A DNA stretch of 63,800 nucleotides, filler included, from Platydemus manokwari (taxonomy: Eukaryota), in NCBI GenBank assembly GCA_037951405.1. It is 6 parts of 6 records of this genome, joined end to end, with 100 filler letters (N's around TTAATTAATTAA, not from the genome) between each part and the next. Parts side by side here need not be neighbours in the genome. Positions count along the whole stretch, not along the records: positions 15,699 to 24,971 come from JBBMOY011273317.1; positions 25,072 to 34,740 come from JBBMOY011220432.1; positions 34,841 to 44,874 come from JBBMOY011176544.1; 3 more parts are not named here. One strand, 5' to 3'. The position numbers were made by a program, and so were the translations under genes. Positions 24,383 to 36,740 of the stretch are shown here, one piece after another. Numbering within the stretch: position 1 is the stretch's first letter; every line of letters starts with the position of its first letter. Under the pieces are notes generated by a model. That model did not search any database and had not been told where the DNA came from. It was given only the letters and a program-made list of their open reading frames with translations.

Positions 24383-27300
24383 TATATCCATACAATGAAT
24401 TTCGCATGCTTTTCGAGTGACTCGTATAGTGGAAACTTAAAGCACTTTTGCTGTCCACTAAATAGAAATATGTCATTAAAAATGTATTAAAAAAGACTGA
24501 AAATTAGTTAAACGCATCTAATCGCACTAATTCTTAAGATAATTTATGGCTTTGTCTTGTTAGACTTCATGCGGAGTGACAAAGCCATTAATTTTCTGCT
24601 TGTTGGGGATTTGTTCTGCTTTCCTCAAGTCTATCATCAAGAGATTGCAATATTAAAATTAAAACTTTAAAAATCCATAGGACGCAATATAATGTAGAAG
24701 ATCTTAGTCGAGGGAAAAAGACTATTATAGCGCACACACCAAAAAAATAAAAAAAGATACCCCCCCCTTTTTTTAAATTGAAAAATTAAAAAATTAAAAA
24801 ATAAAAATAAAAAAAATAAATAAATAATAAATAAAAAAATAAATAAAAATAAAAAAAACATTTTGACATACCCTTGAGTAATAAATACCTTGACACTACT
24901 AAAAATAAACATTTATAAAAATGGATCCAAATAAAATCAGATATGATGTTTATACTAATGATGAATTATCANNNNNNNNNNNNNNNNNNNNNNNNNNNNN
25001 NNNNNNNNNNNNNNNTTAATTAATTAANNNNNNNNNNNNNNNNNNNNNNNNNNNNNNNNNNNNNNNNNNNNATGTAAAGTAATATAAAGCTTCTAATTTC
25101 AAAACGAAACCTTGTACTTGTGTTGGATGTTTTTCATAGTGATGTGCCTTTACATTATTATCTTTATCTTTATTTTAAATGACAATAACGGCTGATCTTT
25201 CGAAAATATTTCTCATTATAGTTTTGAATTTTTGTTGACTTCCTAAATTATTTCTACTCGCACATCTTAAAAAAGTATTATTGAATTATTATTTCTTTGC
25301 AACGCCTTAATTCATTCTCCGAATTTTAGTGGGTTTATTTCCATCTAAGGAAATCTGTCATAATTATATACTTGACTGCATTTCACAAAATTAATAGTCT
25401 CGAAATGTGTCAGAAAAGATTTTCCTTTTCGTTTCTATTATTGATAACTGAAATCCTGAAAAATAATTTGATTTTGCACTTTCTCTTATCATCTATTGAT
25501 TTGCGTTAATTATTAATTATGTTTTTTCATAAATTAATCGTGACGGCTTCTTTTGATTCAGGAATTATGCAGACTTATTCAGGAATTAGCTTTCAATTCC
25601 TCAATTATCGGATAATTCGAACAATCGAAATAGATTTTATAGGAAAATCAATAACAATAGAGTTTTCGAAATCTGACTCCGATGTTTTGCATGATAAATA
25701 TTTTATATAGTAGATGTAATATGTCAAATGTGTGATGGTTAGATGCTGTAGAAGAAGAACCCATCTGTGGAATATATCCACGTTATATATGTTATTGTTA
25801 GTGAAGTAATTTATGTAAAATAGCTTTTGGCTAAGAAGAATCACGGTATCATTCTTTCGGTGGACAACATATTGGAATTTTAGATGAAAAAACTTAATAC
25901 TGCTCTATTTTTCTCTTTTATACTATTAGGGATTCTAAAGCGACATACCTCAAAAGATGAAAGCAAAGTTCCAGATCTCTTATAAAATATGTATTTAATA
26001 ACATGAGAGCCACATCAACAGTTAAAATATTTTAGTATAACATTTGCAGTGTTTTATGGTTTCATTTATTTCATAGTCTCATAGCTAGGTCATAGAAAAT
26101 TGAATGACATTCAAGAGTAATAAATAAATATGGGAATGAATCTGGAGATCGACATGGAACACTTTATTTTTATAAGTGACATTTATTCTTAATATTGTAA
26201 GGATCAATTCTAGGAATATTGATCGACTGGTAAAGTTTTTTTTCGGTAGAGATTGTCAGAATGTCTCAAAAAATTGTTGTGATCCAATAGAGATTAAGAA
26301 TAATTAATTGTTTGGTCTAGTGGTGTTTTGATTGTATTTTAAGGAGATGTCAATATTTGTCAGCTATATGTTTTGAAATAGTTGTTGGTGTGTTTTTGAG
26401 AATTATATTCTGTGTAGATGGGCTTGTTATAGAGGTGTAATTGTATCATTCATCTCGAAATATTGCTATTTTAGTATATGTTAGAAGTAGAGGAATCTCA
26501 GTTAGTCAGTATTTTTAAGTGTTAATTTAATTATTAAAGATGTCGATCATTGTCACATGATAGGTTTATTTATTTGCATTAGCTGGGTTTGGAGGACAGA
26601 AAAAGTTTTAGTTGTTCTGATTTGATAAACATTGAAGCTGTCACTGAAGACTGTGGAAATAAGGATGGAACAGATATTTTGGTAGAATTTCTGTCAAAGC
26701 CTTCAATAGAGAGTTCTTTGAAACTGTAGGAGTCCTAGGAATCTAATACACTAATATTATAAGCGTCAAACTGTATCTCATGATTTGCACATTTAAGTGG
26801 TTTAAGTGGTAATAGGAAATTTTAGGCCAATGAACAAAGTTCATAGCTTCGATTAGTTCCTAAGATGCTTTGGAGGATTGTTATGATTTCATTCTTCATT
26901 GGTTTTCCTGTGAGCTGAGTTACAAAAAAGCAGTGAAAAAAATTTCCTTGTTTGTGAAAGGTTAATATATTTGCGAAAGAAATTCATTTGGATCGAGTCA
27001 TTTAAGATTTTTCGAAGTTCCTAAACTAACCAATTAAAGTCAGTGTATGAAATAAGAAATCTAAATTTTAAGCATTTGTATGGGCTGGTGTTTTTATAGC
27101 GAACTGAGAATAAGATCTTCGTGACAGAGGAAAGTCCAAAATAACTCGTTCCGGATCAAATCATTGCATCGATGTAATTGATAGGGTTCTATAATTATTA
27201 TGTGAGCTGGAAATCAAATCACTTTTCATCGGAAGCGGTGTTTTGAGGTGGGCCAGGTACTTGGAGCTTTAATTTCTTCCATTCCAACATATAGAAATTT

Positions 27301-28431
27301 TAAGAATTTATCAAATACTTTATTCAACTTTTGATGAATTGGTTATCAAACTTTCGACCAAGTACACGAAAAAAAATAACATTTCACTCCAAAAAAATGT
27401 TGATTGATAAAATATACCTTTCGAATCTTTTTGGATCCAGCGATAATCATGTAGACATTTTTCTTAGTTAATTAACAGGAATATCTGCTTTAATTTATAT
27501 ATATATATATATATAATCACGTTATCAATAACACAAGTAAAGATATCATTTAAAACAAAATATTAAAATATATAAACAATATTATATTTTAGGAAAGCTT
27601 AACAAATTTGTTTTAATAAGCTTAGAGAGTTCAAAAATCATTAAATCATTGCCATTTTCAAAACTCGAAACCTCCTTCAACACAAATTAATAATATCTTT
27701 ATTTCTATTCGAAGATTTCCATTCATAATTTCCAGTATTTTTTATAATTTAACAAGACATTCAAAAAAACAACACTGAAACCAATACCAGTGTGGACCTA
27801 ACCGAAAAACTTAAATTTACTCACCGAGATTCAAGTTATCGAACAGCTAATTACTCGTATTATCAAATTACAATTAAAACAACATATAGTATTTTAAAAC
27901 TACTTAATTTCGATTTACAGTGGCCAACTTTGTTCGACAATACGATTTTCTTCCAATAGATTATTCTGACAATTTTAAAAACAAATAAAATCAATGCATT
28001 GGTCTCATATTTAATGGAATTGTTGATTTAAGTCGATTCTCATGATTTTGGGTCACTTTGTATAACAGAAACACAAACAATTACGACATAACAAGTTGAT
28101 TTTATATTTAGATATAATAATAGAAATATATTACCATTTAACATTCTTATAAAATATAATTTTGTCACTTAAATCTTATAAATTAAAATTATTTTATTAC
28201 TTGAACTTGTTTAAATCGCACGTATTGCGGCGCAAAGTTTAAAATTAATTCGAAATAAAATGATGACCTTAGACAATAAAAAATGAATATTAATTAGAAT
28301 AAATCACTGCAGTGTTGCCACAATAATTAAAGATTGTTTTAATCTTTTAATTTATTAATAATTATTATTAAATTCTATTTTTTAAAACCGTATCAAAATT
28401 ATTTTAAAAATTAAATTATGATTTTATTAAT

Positions 28432-28971
28432 TGTTTATTATATTAAATTACATTTTCCAAGATTTAATTTTATATAAAATTTGATTATTATATTATTTTA
28501 AATTATATTATTTTGTTTATAATTTCAAATTTAGTGGGGTGTCTTTTCAGCTCGTTTTCGATGCATGTTTATAAAATAGTAGCGGCTAACATGGCGACCA
28601 ATGCATCTGGATTCGATTCCAGAAAATATCAATGACTGAAAATAATGGAAAAGAAGGATGAAGATGTTGAGATTATAAAGGTGATATATAAAGACAATAT
28701 ATAAAAAGATAGAAGAATTAGAGATTTTTATGTAGATTATTATGGAGAGCATTCACTACAATGTCAATTAAGAATTCAACGAAAATCAAAGACTTTAAAA
28801 AAAGGCGGATATGATAAATTTTAAATGAAATAATTTTTAAATATTAATTTTGTATAAATTTGGCTTTATAAGAAATTATATTAAATTATTTAAATAATTG
28901 TTTTTATAATTTGTTGTCGTTTTATTCAATTCGTTTTCGATGCGTGTATTATACAATAGTAGCTGCTTGCA
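28432..28971 (+). mobile_element. TRIM-like element, copy 2 (about 540 bp)
   Basis: Two LTRs of about 160 bp (about 28432-28591 and 28810-28971, both ending TCGTTTTCGATGC...AATAGTAGC.GCT..CA), PBS TGGCGACCA (28592-28600) and PPT AAAAAAAGGCGGA. The PBS-proximal internal sequence GCATCTGGATTCGATT is shared with copy 1. Confidence 0.85.
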
Positions 28972-29787
28972 TATCATAATAATAAATCAATATTGTATTG
29001 ATATATTAACCAGTTTATTAATAGAATATTATCACATACTTTAATTCTAACGAGTCTTAAATTACCAAACAAGCAAACCCATACAATTTTTAGACAACCA
29101 TATTTTCATGGATTAATTGCGCAAGGGATTTTTAATTCTGGAATTACGTGTTAGCTCCAACATATCATATTTGCTCATTCCGATACACTGGAATTTAAGT
29201 TAAAACTTAAATTAAAATCACAAATTATTTAAAAATATATATTCGATCCACGAAAACGGAAACGAAACAACTTGAAATTGAAATGAAATATTAGATAAAA
29301 GCAATGACGAGTAATTAAAGCAGTCTGCATATTTGTGTAAAATAATATTTTAAGAGTTGTATTTGTTTTGTCTTTATTGAATTCGAGAACGCTAAAATAA
29401 TGTTAAATACAAAATAATCGTTTCGAAAATTCAAATATTATCAATAAATTACTGAAAATTGTTTAAAAAATAATGAAAAACTAATTCCTATTTAAACTGC
29501 TATGGAGAATTTTTGGAAATTAAATTATTAAATGATGCATGTCGAATGGAGATTCCAATTTACGAAAACCACCAAACTGATATCCAATAAAACTAATTTT
29601 GGGAGATAATCTTGTGCATATATTTCAAGAAAATTTATTTTACTTTTGACAAGGATAATTATTGATTTTATTTTCATTGATATTTTTATTTCAATTTTTT
29701 AAAGATTTTCAACTCCAGATGATGTGGTAGAGTTCGACTAATTTTTGTCGAAGGTAAATTTAGTGAGAAATTATCAGAGCATTTATA

Positions 29788-30260
29788 TAGGATTGGAACA
29801 AAAGTCTTGTCCAGTAGAAAATAATATAAAATCACGAAGATTCAATTCGAGAAAAGAGACGTCGGTTTTGTGAAAACTGTTTCGAAAAGTTCCATTTCCT
29901 TCACGATAACGCTCGATCGCATAAGGCACGTTTATCCACAATACACCCCAGTCCTTGCCCCTTTAGACTATTGCCTATTTTCTCCTATGAAAAACTCACT
30001 TTGTGAGAAAATGTTACACTCCACTGAAGAGGTTAACGGTGATTTGGAATAGTGGTTCGCTTCAAAACCTGCGAAATTCTAGGAAAACGGCATAAAACAA
30101 CTTTCAGAACACCGGAAAAAATGCGTGGACCTTAAAGGTGACTATTTTCAACATATCTGATTTACAGACGAATGATGTTTTGTTTATATTTCTAGATTTA
30201 CATATTTTCTTTATTAGCTAAATAAATATTATTTCGCAAAAGACTTTCGTTCCAATCCTA
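29788..30260 (+). mobile_element. Internally deleted mariner element
   Basis: TIRs TAGGATTGGAACAAAAGTCTT / AAGACTTTCGTTCCAATCCTA and peptide YPQYTPVLAPLDYCLF (degenerate [13 protein letters not shown]). Confidence 0.9.
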
Positions 30261-31149
30261 AATTTGGAACACACATAAAAATCCATCATTTTACAGACTG
30301 CAATACACAGACAAGGCCGAATCGTATTGTAAATAGAGAAAATAAGAAAACCTACTCCGATGTATATTCTTTCGTCTATTTATTGTTCTTAATCTCATCT
30401 CTAAACGAAACGCAAAATTTATTCATAAAATTAAAACAATTTATTTAATTTTTAACACGGAAAATATATTCTGTTCTATTTGAGTCCAGTAAACGTCATG
30501 AAAAATTAATTTTACGAACAGAAGAAATGTATATATAATCAGCTGATTGTCTTAATAACTTATTGATTATTTACTTGTTGTAATAAATGCAGAATTAATA
30601 AATATGCTCATCAATATTATAATTTATCAATATCCATATTTAAAAATCAATAAATAAATTGTAATAAATCAAATAAATAATTTGTTTAAATATTGTGCTT
30701 AAATATATTTTTGGGGTTGAACTTCTTATTTTGTTTTCAATATTTTTTTAAATAAATTAGTAACAGTCGTCAATTATTACGAAAATAAAATATTAACAAA
30801 TCGTATTTTCCAGCCAAAATGAAAAAGAAAAAATCATTTGGAACTCAATCATTTTGTAATCGAAACCATTTTCGTTATATACATCTTTTATGACAGTCTA
30901 GATACAATCAACAATGTCTTTAATTAAGAACTGTCTAAATGTTTAGTCTGACGTATTTTCGCATAATTTCGAGACGATTTCACACAAAAGATGAATCGAC
31001 TTGTAGTAATTTTAAATAACTTCAACACGTGAATAAAATATAAATGTTAATAATTTAGAAATAATTTTGGTGCAATATTGATCGATCGATTTATTCAAAT
31101 AAGTAAAAGAAATTAATAATCAAAACATACTAGAAATTTTTGTAAAATT

Positions 31150-32556
31150 GATTTAAGTTAAGAAAAAGGGTCCTCAAACCCAATTTTAATGTAATGATTT
31201 TTCGCGCGTTATTTGATATTTAAATGAGATTTTTACATAAAAATCAGCTTTAACAATCATTATATATTATGGATCACGGTTTGAAAAACCTACAATTAAA
31301 TAAAAGTAACATTTTAAATATAAAATTTCTATTTAACTGGTATTTTTTGTTTCTAGAGTCCATATACATCGGCTGAAGACTAGAAATAAGAAGCAAATAT
31401 TACTCACTATATCTCTTCAGTATTTCAAAAGCTCAAATACAACGTCTTCGACGTCCGCTACTATATTTTTTTCTTTTCAAAATAGGCCTCATCAATTTCA
31501 ATGACGATATTTAGGCCTGCAATTTTTTTTTCTATGCCAGGTTATTTCTCTACAGGAGTTGAATCTACTAATTTTGTACCTTAATCAATAATTTTTAATT
31601 CTTAATTTTATTTTATAAAAAATTGTCACTATTTGGTGACTGTTGGTTTACTTATGGAGGTCAATTTGCCAATACACTTTTTGTGTGAAACCCGTACACC
31701 AGAAATACCTTATCCAGAATGTCGTAAAGTGACAAAGCCAAATTGTTGAACCAAGTTCCAATTAGAATTCTGAAACTTCTTATTTATTCGTTGTATCTCC
31801 ATTTGACTTATTTATTTTATTTGAATGAAATATTGATTTTATTACAGTATTGACAGATTTTGGATCTGTCAGTTGATGAAACTTCTTCGTTTTTAATATT
31901 TAAATCAACCGAACAAAAAATACACACATTTATAACACATTCATTTTAAACAAAATTCAAAATATTTTAAATCTGTTTCCATCTGATTTATCTTCTTTTT
32001 TAAATTATAAAAATGCTCACATTTTTATATTACATCTTTATTTTTTATTTAAAATTACATTTTGTAATTTTAATTATTTTAATAATTTTGTTTAAATTGA
32101 GAGTTTAACAGTAAAGCAAGATCATTTCATAAATATTCACATAATATAATTATAAATATATTTTTAAAAAATATCTTTAATTATTCAAAATTTTAATCTT
32201 ATGTAATATTTTAATTATTTATGGTATTTTTAAATAAACCTCACAGGGATCTCTATATCCAATTTGTTTAAATAGATATTGATATACTTATTTTGAGATA
32301 AAACGCAACAGTTCATGGTACTCTACAATGATTTCCAAGTGACTTATTGTAAAAACAACTCTAAAAATCTTAGATATCGTTCCAATTAATTGCATTTGAC
32401 CTACTTTAATTATAAACAACTAAATTTTTTCTCAAGTACTTAAATAAAAAATTCAAAATGTTTTTGGAGAATATGATTAAATAAACCAAATAGATTTTTG
32501 CAATATACACTAGGAATTAAAAATTTATTTTAGAACCCCCTTTTCTAGCTTTAACC
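31150..32556 (-). mobile_element. Merlin (IS1016/ISXO2-like) DNA transposon remnant
   Basis: Minus-strand IGTWFNNLALSLYDIL and KIAGLNIVIEIDEAYFEKKKYSSGRR (Merlin VEIDES..KRKY.RGR motif); inverted termini AAGTTAAGAAAAAGGGTCCT / AGAACCCCCTTTTCTAGCTT. Confidence 0.8.
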
Positions 32557-34631
32557 GTATAAGTTATGAGAATAAAATTTGACAAAAAATACGACACGGT
32601 TCTGTTTTTAAAAATATTTATATATGTTTTTCATTCAGTTAAACAATTAGCTAATGATTTTAATGAGAATTAGATCACTGAATTGAACTCCATTGCAATA
32701 TAATCATAAGAATCGATTTTTTCAACTAATTGCCATTAATAATATTGAATGGAAACTCACCAATGGTAATCAATGAAATATTCGAACAAATACTGTTTCC
32801 ATAACAACTTGTGGTATGAAATAATATAAATTATCGTGATATTTATAATTAAATATAATATAATTTTGTCGTTTATATTTTCATTGAATAATTTAAGCGA
32901 GAAAATCAATTGATTGCCTAATAAAATAAAAATATATTTATTATGGGTGTATAGATTGTATTGATTATGAAACTTTTTTGATTTGATAATATATAATCCT
33001 ATAGGATAGTTCGATCATAGACCGGTTCATTTATTGAATAGGGCCTCGATTCAATCGTTTAATAACTTGCTCACTTATTGGTTCAAAGGTACGATTACCA
33101 ACTTTTACATGAAATTTTAACATAGAAATATTTTCATATAGTATTAATACGGGCACTTAATATAACTTGAATTTGGTGAAAGAAGTATGTCTGATTAAAA
33201 TTTGATTCGGGAGATTACATAATGGACAGAGATTTCGAGTATTATATACACAAGATATTCAATTAAGAACACACGATATTTCACTTGTTGTCCATGATGA
33301 GATCTTTCGGAATTTATCAATCATGTTAGCATGAGTTCTAATATAAACTTGTCAGAGGATTTTGTTTTCAAAGATTTATAATTAATGGGAGAAATCATAG
33401 AAGCAATTAATCGATAATATTTCTGAACTTGAATCTTTTGATCATTTTTTTTAGAATTTCTTTGTCGATATTTAAATAGGTGTTACTATTTTGTGACTTT
33501 GAGTTTATTAAACATGTTGCTGGATATTTGTATTTAAATCACACTTGTCTCTTTGATTAACACTGTTATATATAAACGGTGGCGGAATGAGATATTTGGC
33601 AGGGTTCATTGGGCTATGTAGTTTTAATTTTATATATTATTTTTTTTTATATATTATTTATTTATTTATTGGTACAATAATATAATGATAGCTTAATTGG
33701 ATAACATTGCGATATTTGATGGTTCCGAAATAATGTTTACAGTATTTTGAAATAATAGATACACCATGAGATATCAATGCAATCTAAATAAAATTAAACA
33801 TTATTATTATCATTATACCGTGCCATTCATGAAGTCTCCGTCTCTAAAACTAAAATAAAAAAACAGTAAGAACAAACTAAATGTATTGAGTTACTTTAAT
33901 GGACAACAAAACACGATATCAGTAAGAACAAATAAAGGTAAATAATAAGCAATTTCATAGCAACTGTTCAAAATGTTCACCATCTTGCTCCAAACAGTAA
34001 TTTGCATCATTTCCTGAAACTTGAATAACATTTACAGGCAGCTTATTGATTGATGTTTATTGATTCATGTGAAATCACTTCTTCAAGTTCGTTATTGTAT
34101 TTTTATCATTTATTTTATTTAACATGATTAAAATATATTTTTAAAAATTCAAAATCCTCACAAAGCTAAAAATAGTATTTTTATTGATTAATAAATATTG
34201 CAAATCATTATTAGATTTTACTTAATAGCATTATACAAATAATATTCTAAATAAAATGAAATTAATAACCGTATTTATTTCCAAACTATTGAGTCAACGG
34301 AAAGTTTGTGCTGAGACTTGACAGTAAAATCCAATCAATTGCATATCAAATTGTATCATTTTCACACATTTTTCATATTTCTGCTGTCCAACATGAATTC
34401 ATGTGTTTGGCACAGCATCGATTTAATTGAGAAAAATGAAATATAAGCAATAACACTTGCTGAAATATCGATGTTGAGATAATTTATTCCTAAACTTATA
34501 ATTTCATGAATTGACAAAGCAATTCCTCAGCTACTAATGAACTTGTAATTGGGAATATTGACAGATCTCAATTTTGGTTTTGGCTAACACAGACTTATTA
34601 CTGATTACGATGATTGATTGATTAAATATCT

Positions 34632-34662
<31 letters not shown>

Positions 34663-34668
34663 TATATA

Positions 34669-34740
34669 TATTAGGCTGAGTCAAAAGTTATTCATGTTGT
34701 TTAGTTGTTTAAAGTTGTTGTTTTACCAAATCATTTAAAC
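34669..34740 (+). mobile_element. Mariner-like terminus inserted in a (TA)n run, truncated by the gap
   Basis: TATTAGGCTGAGTCAAAAGTT resembles mariner TIRs and follows a (TA)n microsatellite. Confidence 0.5.
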
Positions 34741-34840
34741 NNNNNNNNNNNNNNNNNNNNNNNNNNNNNNNNNNNNNNNNNNNNTTAATTAATTAANNNN
34801 NNNNNNNNNNNNNNNNNNNNNNNNNNNNNNNNNNNNNNNN

Positions 34841-35055
34841 TAGAAAATAGCGGGTGGGAAGTTCTGCCCACCCGCCATATAGCCCAGACTTGGCGCCTTC
34901 TGACTATCATTTGTTTCAGTCGATGCAGAATGCACTTTTCGGAATACGTTTCACTTCAGTCCAAGGCATCAAAAAGTGGCTCGATTCGTTCTTTGATTTA
35001 ATAAACACTCAATTGTTCTAAAAAAATTCCGGTTTTTAAGTTATAGACCCAATAT
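34841..35055 (+). mobile_element. Mariner transposase 3' fragment with right TIR
   Basis: [29 protein letters not shown]; ends ...GTTATAGACCCAATA. Confidence 0.95.
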
Positions 35056-35239
35056 TTAATTTAGCACTAAGCTAAATTCTCTTTTATTTATTCTGTCCTC
35101 CTTAAGTTCTGTTAAGGTTAAGCATAAAATCAACAACAATAGATTCATTGTTCGGATATCGATGTAAAACATGGAAGTTTTTTGATTAAATATATTAAAT
35201 ATAGGCTTGCCCTTTAGCGTTGATGAGAATGAAAATGAA

Positions 35240-35790
35240 GAAAAAGTACAAAAACCCATCGACTAAATATGTTACAATTGTCCTATAGAACAATTTTTGC
35301 TATCAATAATCGTTAATAAATAAACGTGATGTTGCCTTAGATACACACGGATGACATACCAGCAAACATGTTTTACTTTTCTTACAATACAAAATTTTTT
35401 ATTGTTTTCATGACAACGTGAAGAATTTATTCTAATTTTTTGGTTATGTGTATTAACTGAAATTTATATTGAAAAACTTATTATTTCAAAAATTATTGAT
35501 GTTCTCTGACTAGATGAAGGAATATTAAAGCATGAAATGAAAATAAATTCACAGACCGTAAATTTCCATGACAATTTTTTACCGAATAAATGAAAAATAA
35601 TATCAAAAATGTTTATAAAAAAATATTAAATTATTTTTCGCTTTTTTAGTTAAAAACAAACAAAATTTAGAAAATCAATATTAGTAAGGAAAATTTTGAA
35701 TTAATTTTCAATCGTCTTACGTATTCGACTCATCAATTCAAGAAGGTATTTCAAAGCAATCGAACATGATAATAATAAGTAAAATTTATT
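35240..35790 (+). promoter_or_regulatory. Duplicated upstream module carrying RFX X-box-like motifs (copy 1)
   Basis: GTTGCCTTAGATAC (35331-35344), GTTTTCATGACAAC (35404-35417) and ATTTCCATGACAAT (35562-35575); colinear homology with about 44355-44795. Confidence 0.55.
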
Positions 35791-35945
35791 TCAAAAAATT
35801 ATTTGTTGCTTCCCATAAAAAGACTTGACAAACATTTATATTATTTTAAATTGTCTAAATATAGAATTATATTACAATGCCAATGGTTACCAAACATTCC
35901 ATATAAAAATATCTTATCTTACATGGTATTCATTTTGAAATTCCA

Positions 35946-36740
35946 ATGCTTATCCTTTATATTTTTATATATTTACATTACAACAATTTAGCTAATGGTG
36001 ATTTATCAAATTATTTGGGATGTGCTTTCCAATCTGTGAATGAAGGGAGAGATTATTTTGCAATTGTGAATAACTCGTGTTATGAGCCTCAATATCGATA
36101 TCCAATAATGTCAAACGAAAGCTATGATAAAGTTTATCAAAAACAAATGAAAGAAGTAACATTATTTCGAATTGTCACTGGGAGCAATGTTTCATCATAT
36201 GATTTTTATACTCAATCAAATCGAGCTTACATAAAGGCAAATGATAAAGCAAGAAATTATTCGGAGAATTTTAGAAGTATTTTACTCAATGAATGGAATA
36301 AGATTCGACCAGTAGAAATGAATGTAACGATTCGAGATCACAGCAATGCAATCGTTGGGTGGTTAAGTTTTATAGTTAAAGAAACTGATAACTTGACATC
36401 CTGGTTCAATAGAACTAATCTTCGAAAAAGCTATCCATGGAATATTGTCTGGTTATTGAGTAGAAATTTTAATTTTTTTTCAATTGCAGGTGACAGCCCA
36501 TATCACAGAAGGTTTTTTATCAATTACTATTATCACGATTGCACTAAGGATGCCGGCATTTTAGCAATTTTCGATAGATTTGATTTTTGTGCAAACAATA
36601 TGAAGACGAATACAATTCCTCAGATTATCTATGTATTCAATTCAAGTAGAGAGGAGGCCCTATTTTATTATGACGGAAAAAGTGCAAAATGTCTTGAATT
36701 CCTTGGCAGATATAATTCTAATACAATAATTCACTTTTAA
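35946..36740 (+). CDS. Intronless secreted glycoprotein of unknown function, 264 aa
   Basis: Hydrophobic signal peptide MLILYIFIYLHYNNLANG and 7 N-glycosylation sequons (NNS, NES, NVS, NYS, NVT, NLT, NRT). The motifs SWF...L..S.PW, FFSI.G..RRFFIN..Y..C..D.G recall an uncharacterised invertebrate extracellular domain. Confidence 0.85.
   Translation: MLILYIFIYLHYNNLANGDLSNYLGCAFQSVNEGRDYFAIVNNSCYEPQYRYPIMSNESYDKVYQKQMKEVTLFRIVTGSNVSSYDFYTQSNRAYIKANDKARNYSENFRSILLNEWNKIRPVEMNVTIRDHSNAIVGWLSFIVKETDNLTSWFNRTNLRKSYPWNIVWLLSRNFNFFSIAGDSPYHRRFFINYYYHDCTKDAGILAIFDRFDFCANNMKTNTIPQIIYVFNSSREEALFYYDGKSAKCLEFLGRYNSNTIIHF

Noticed and set aside
26200-27420. Possible LINE reverse-transcriptase remnant on the minus strand
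   Set aside because: The composition is suggestive but no unambiguous motif could be read.
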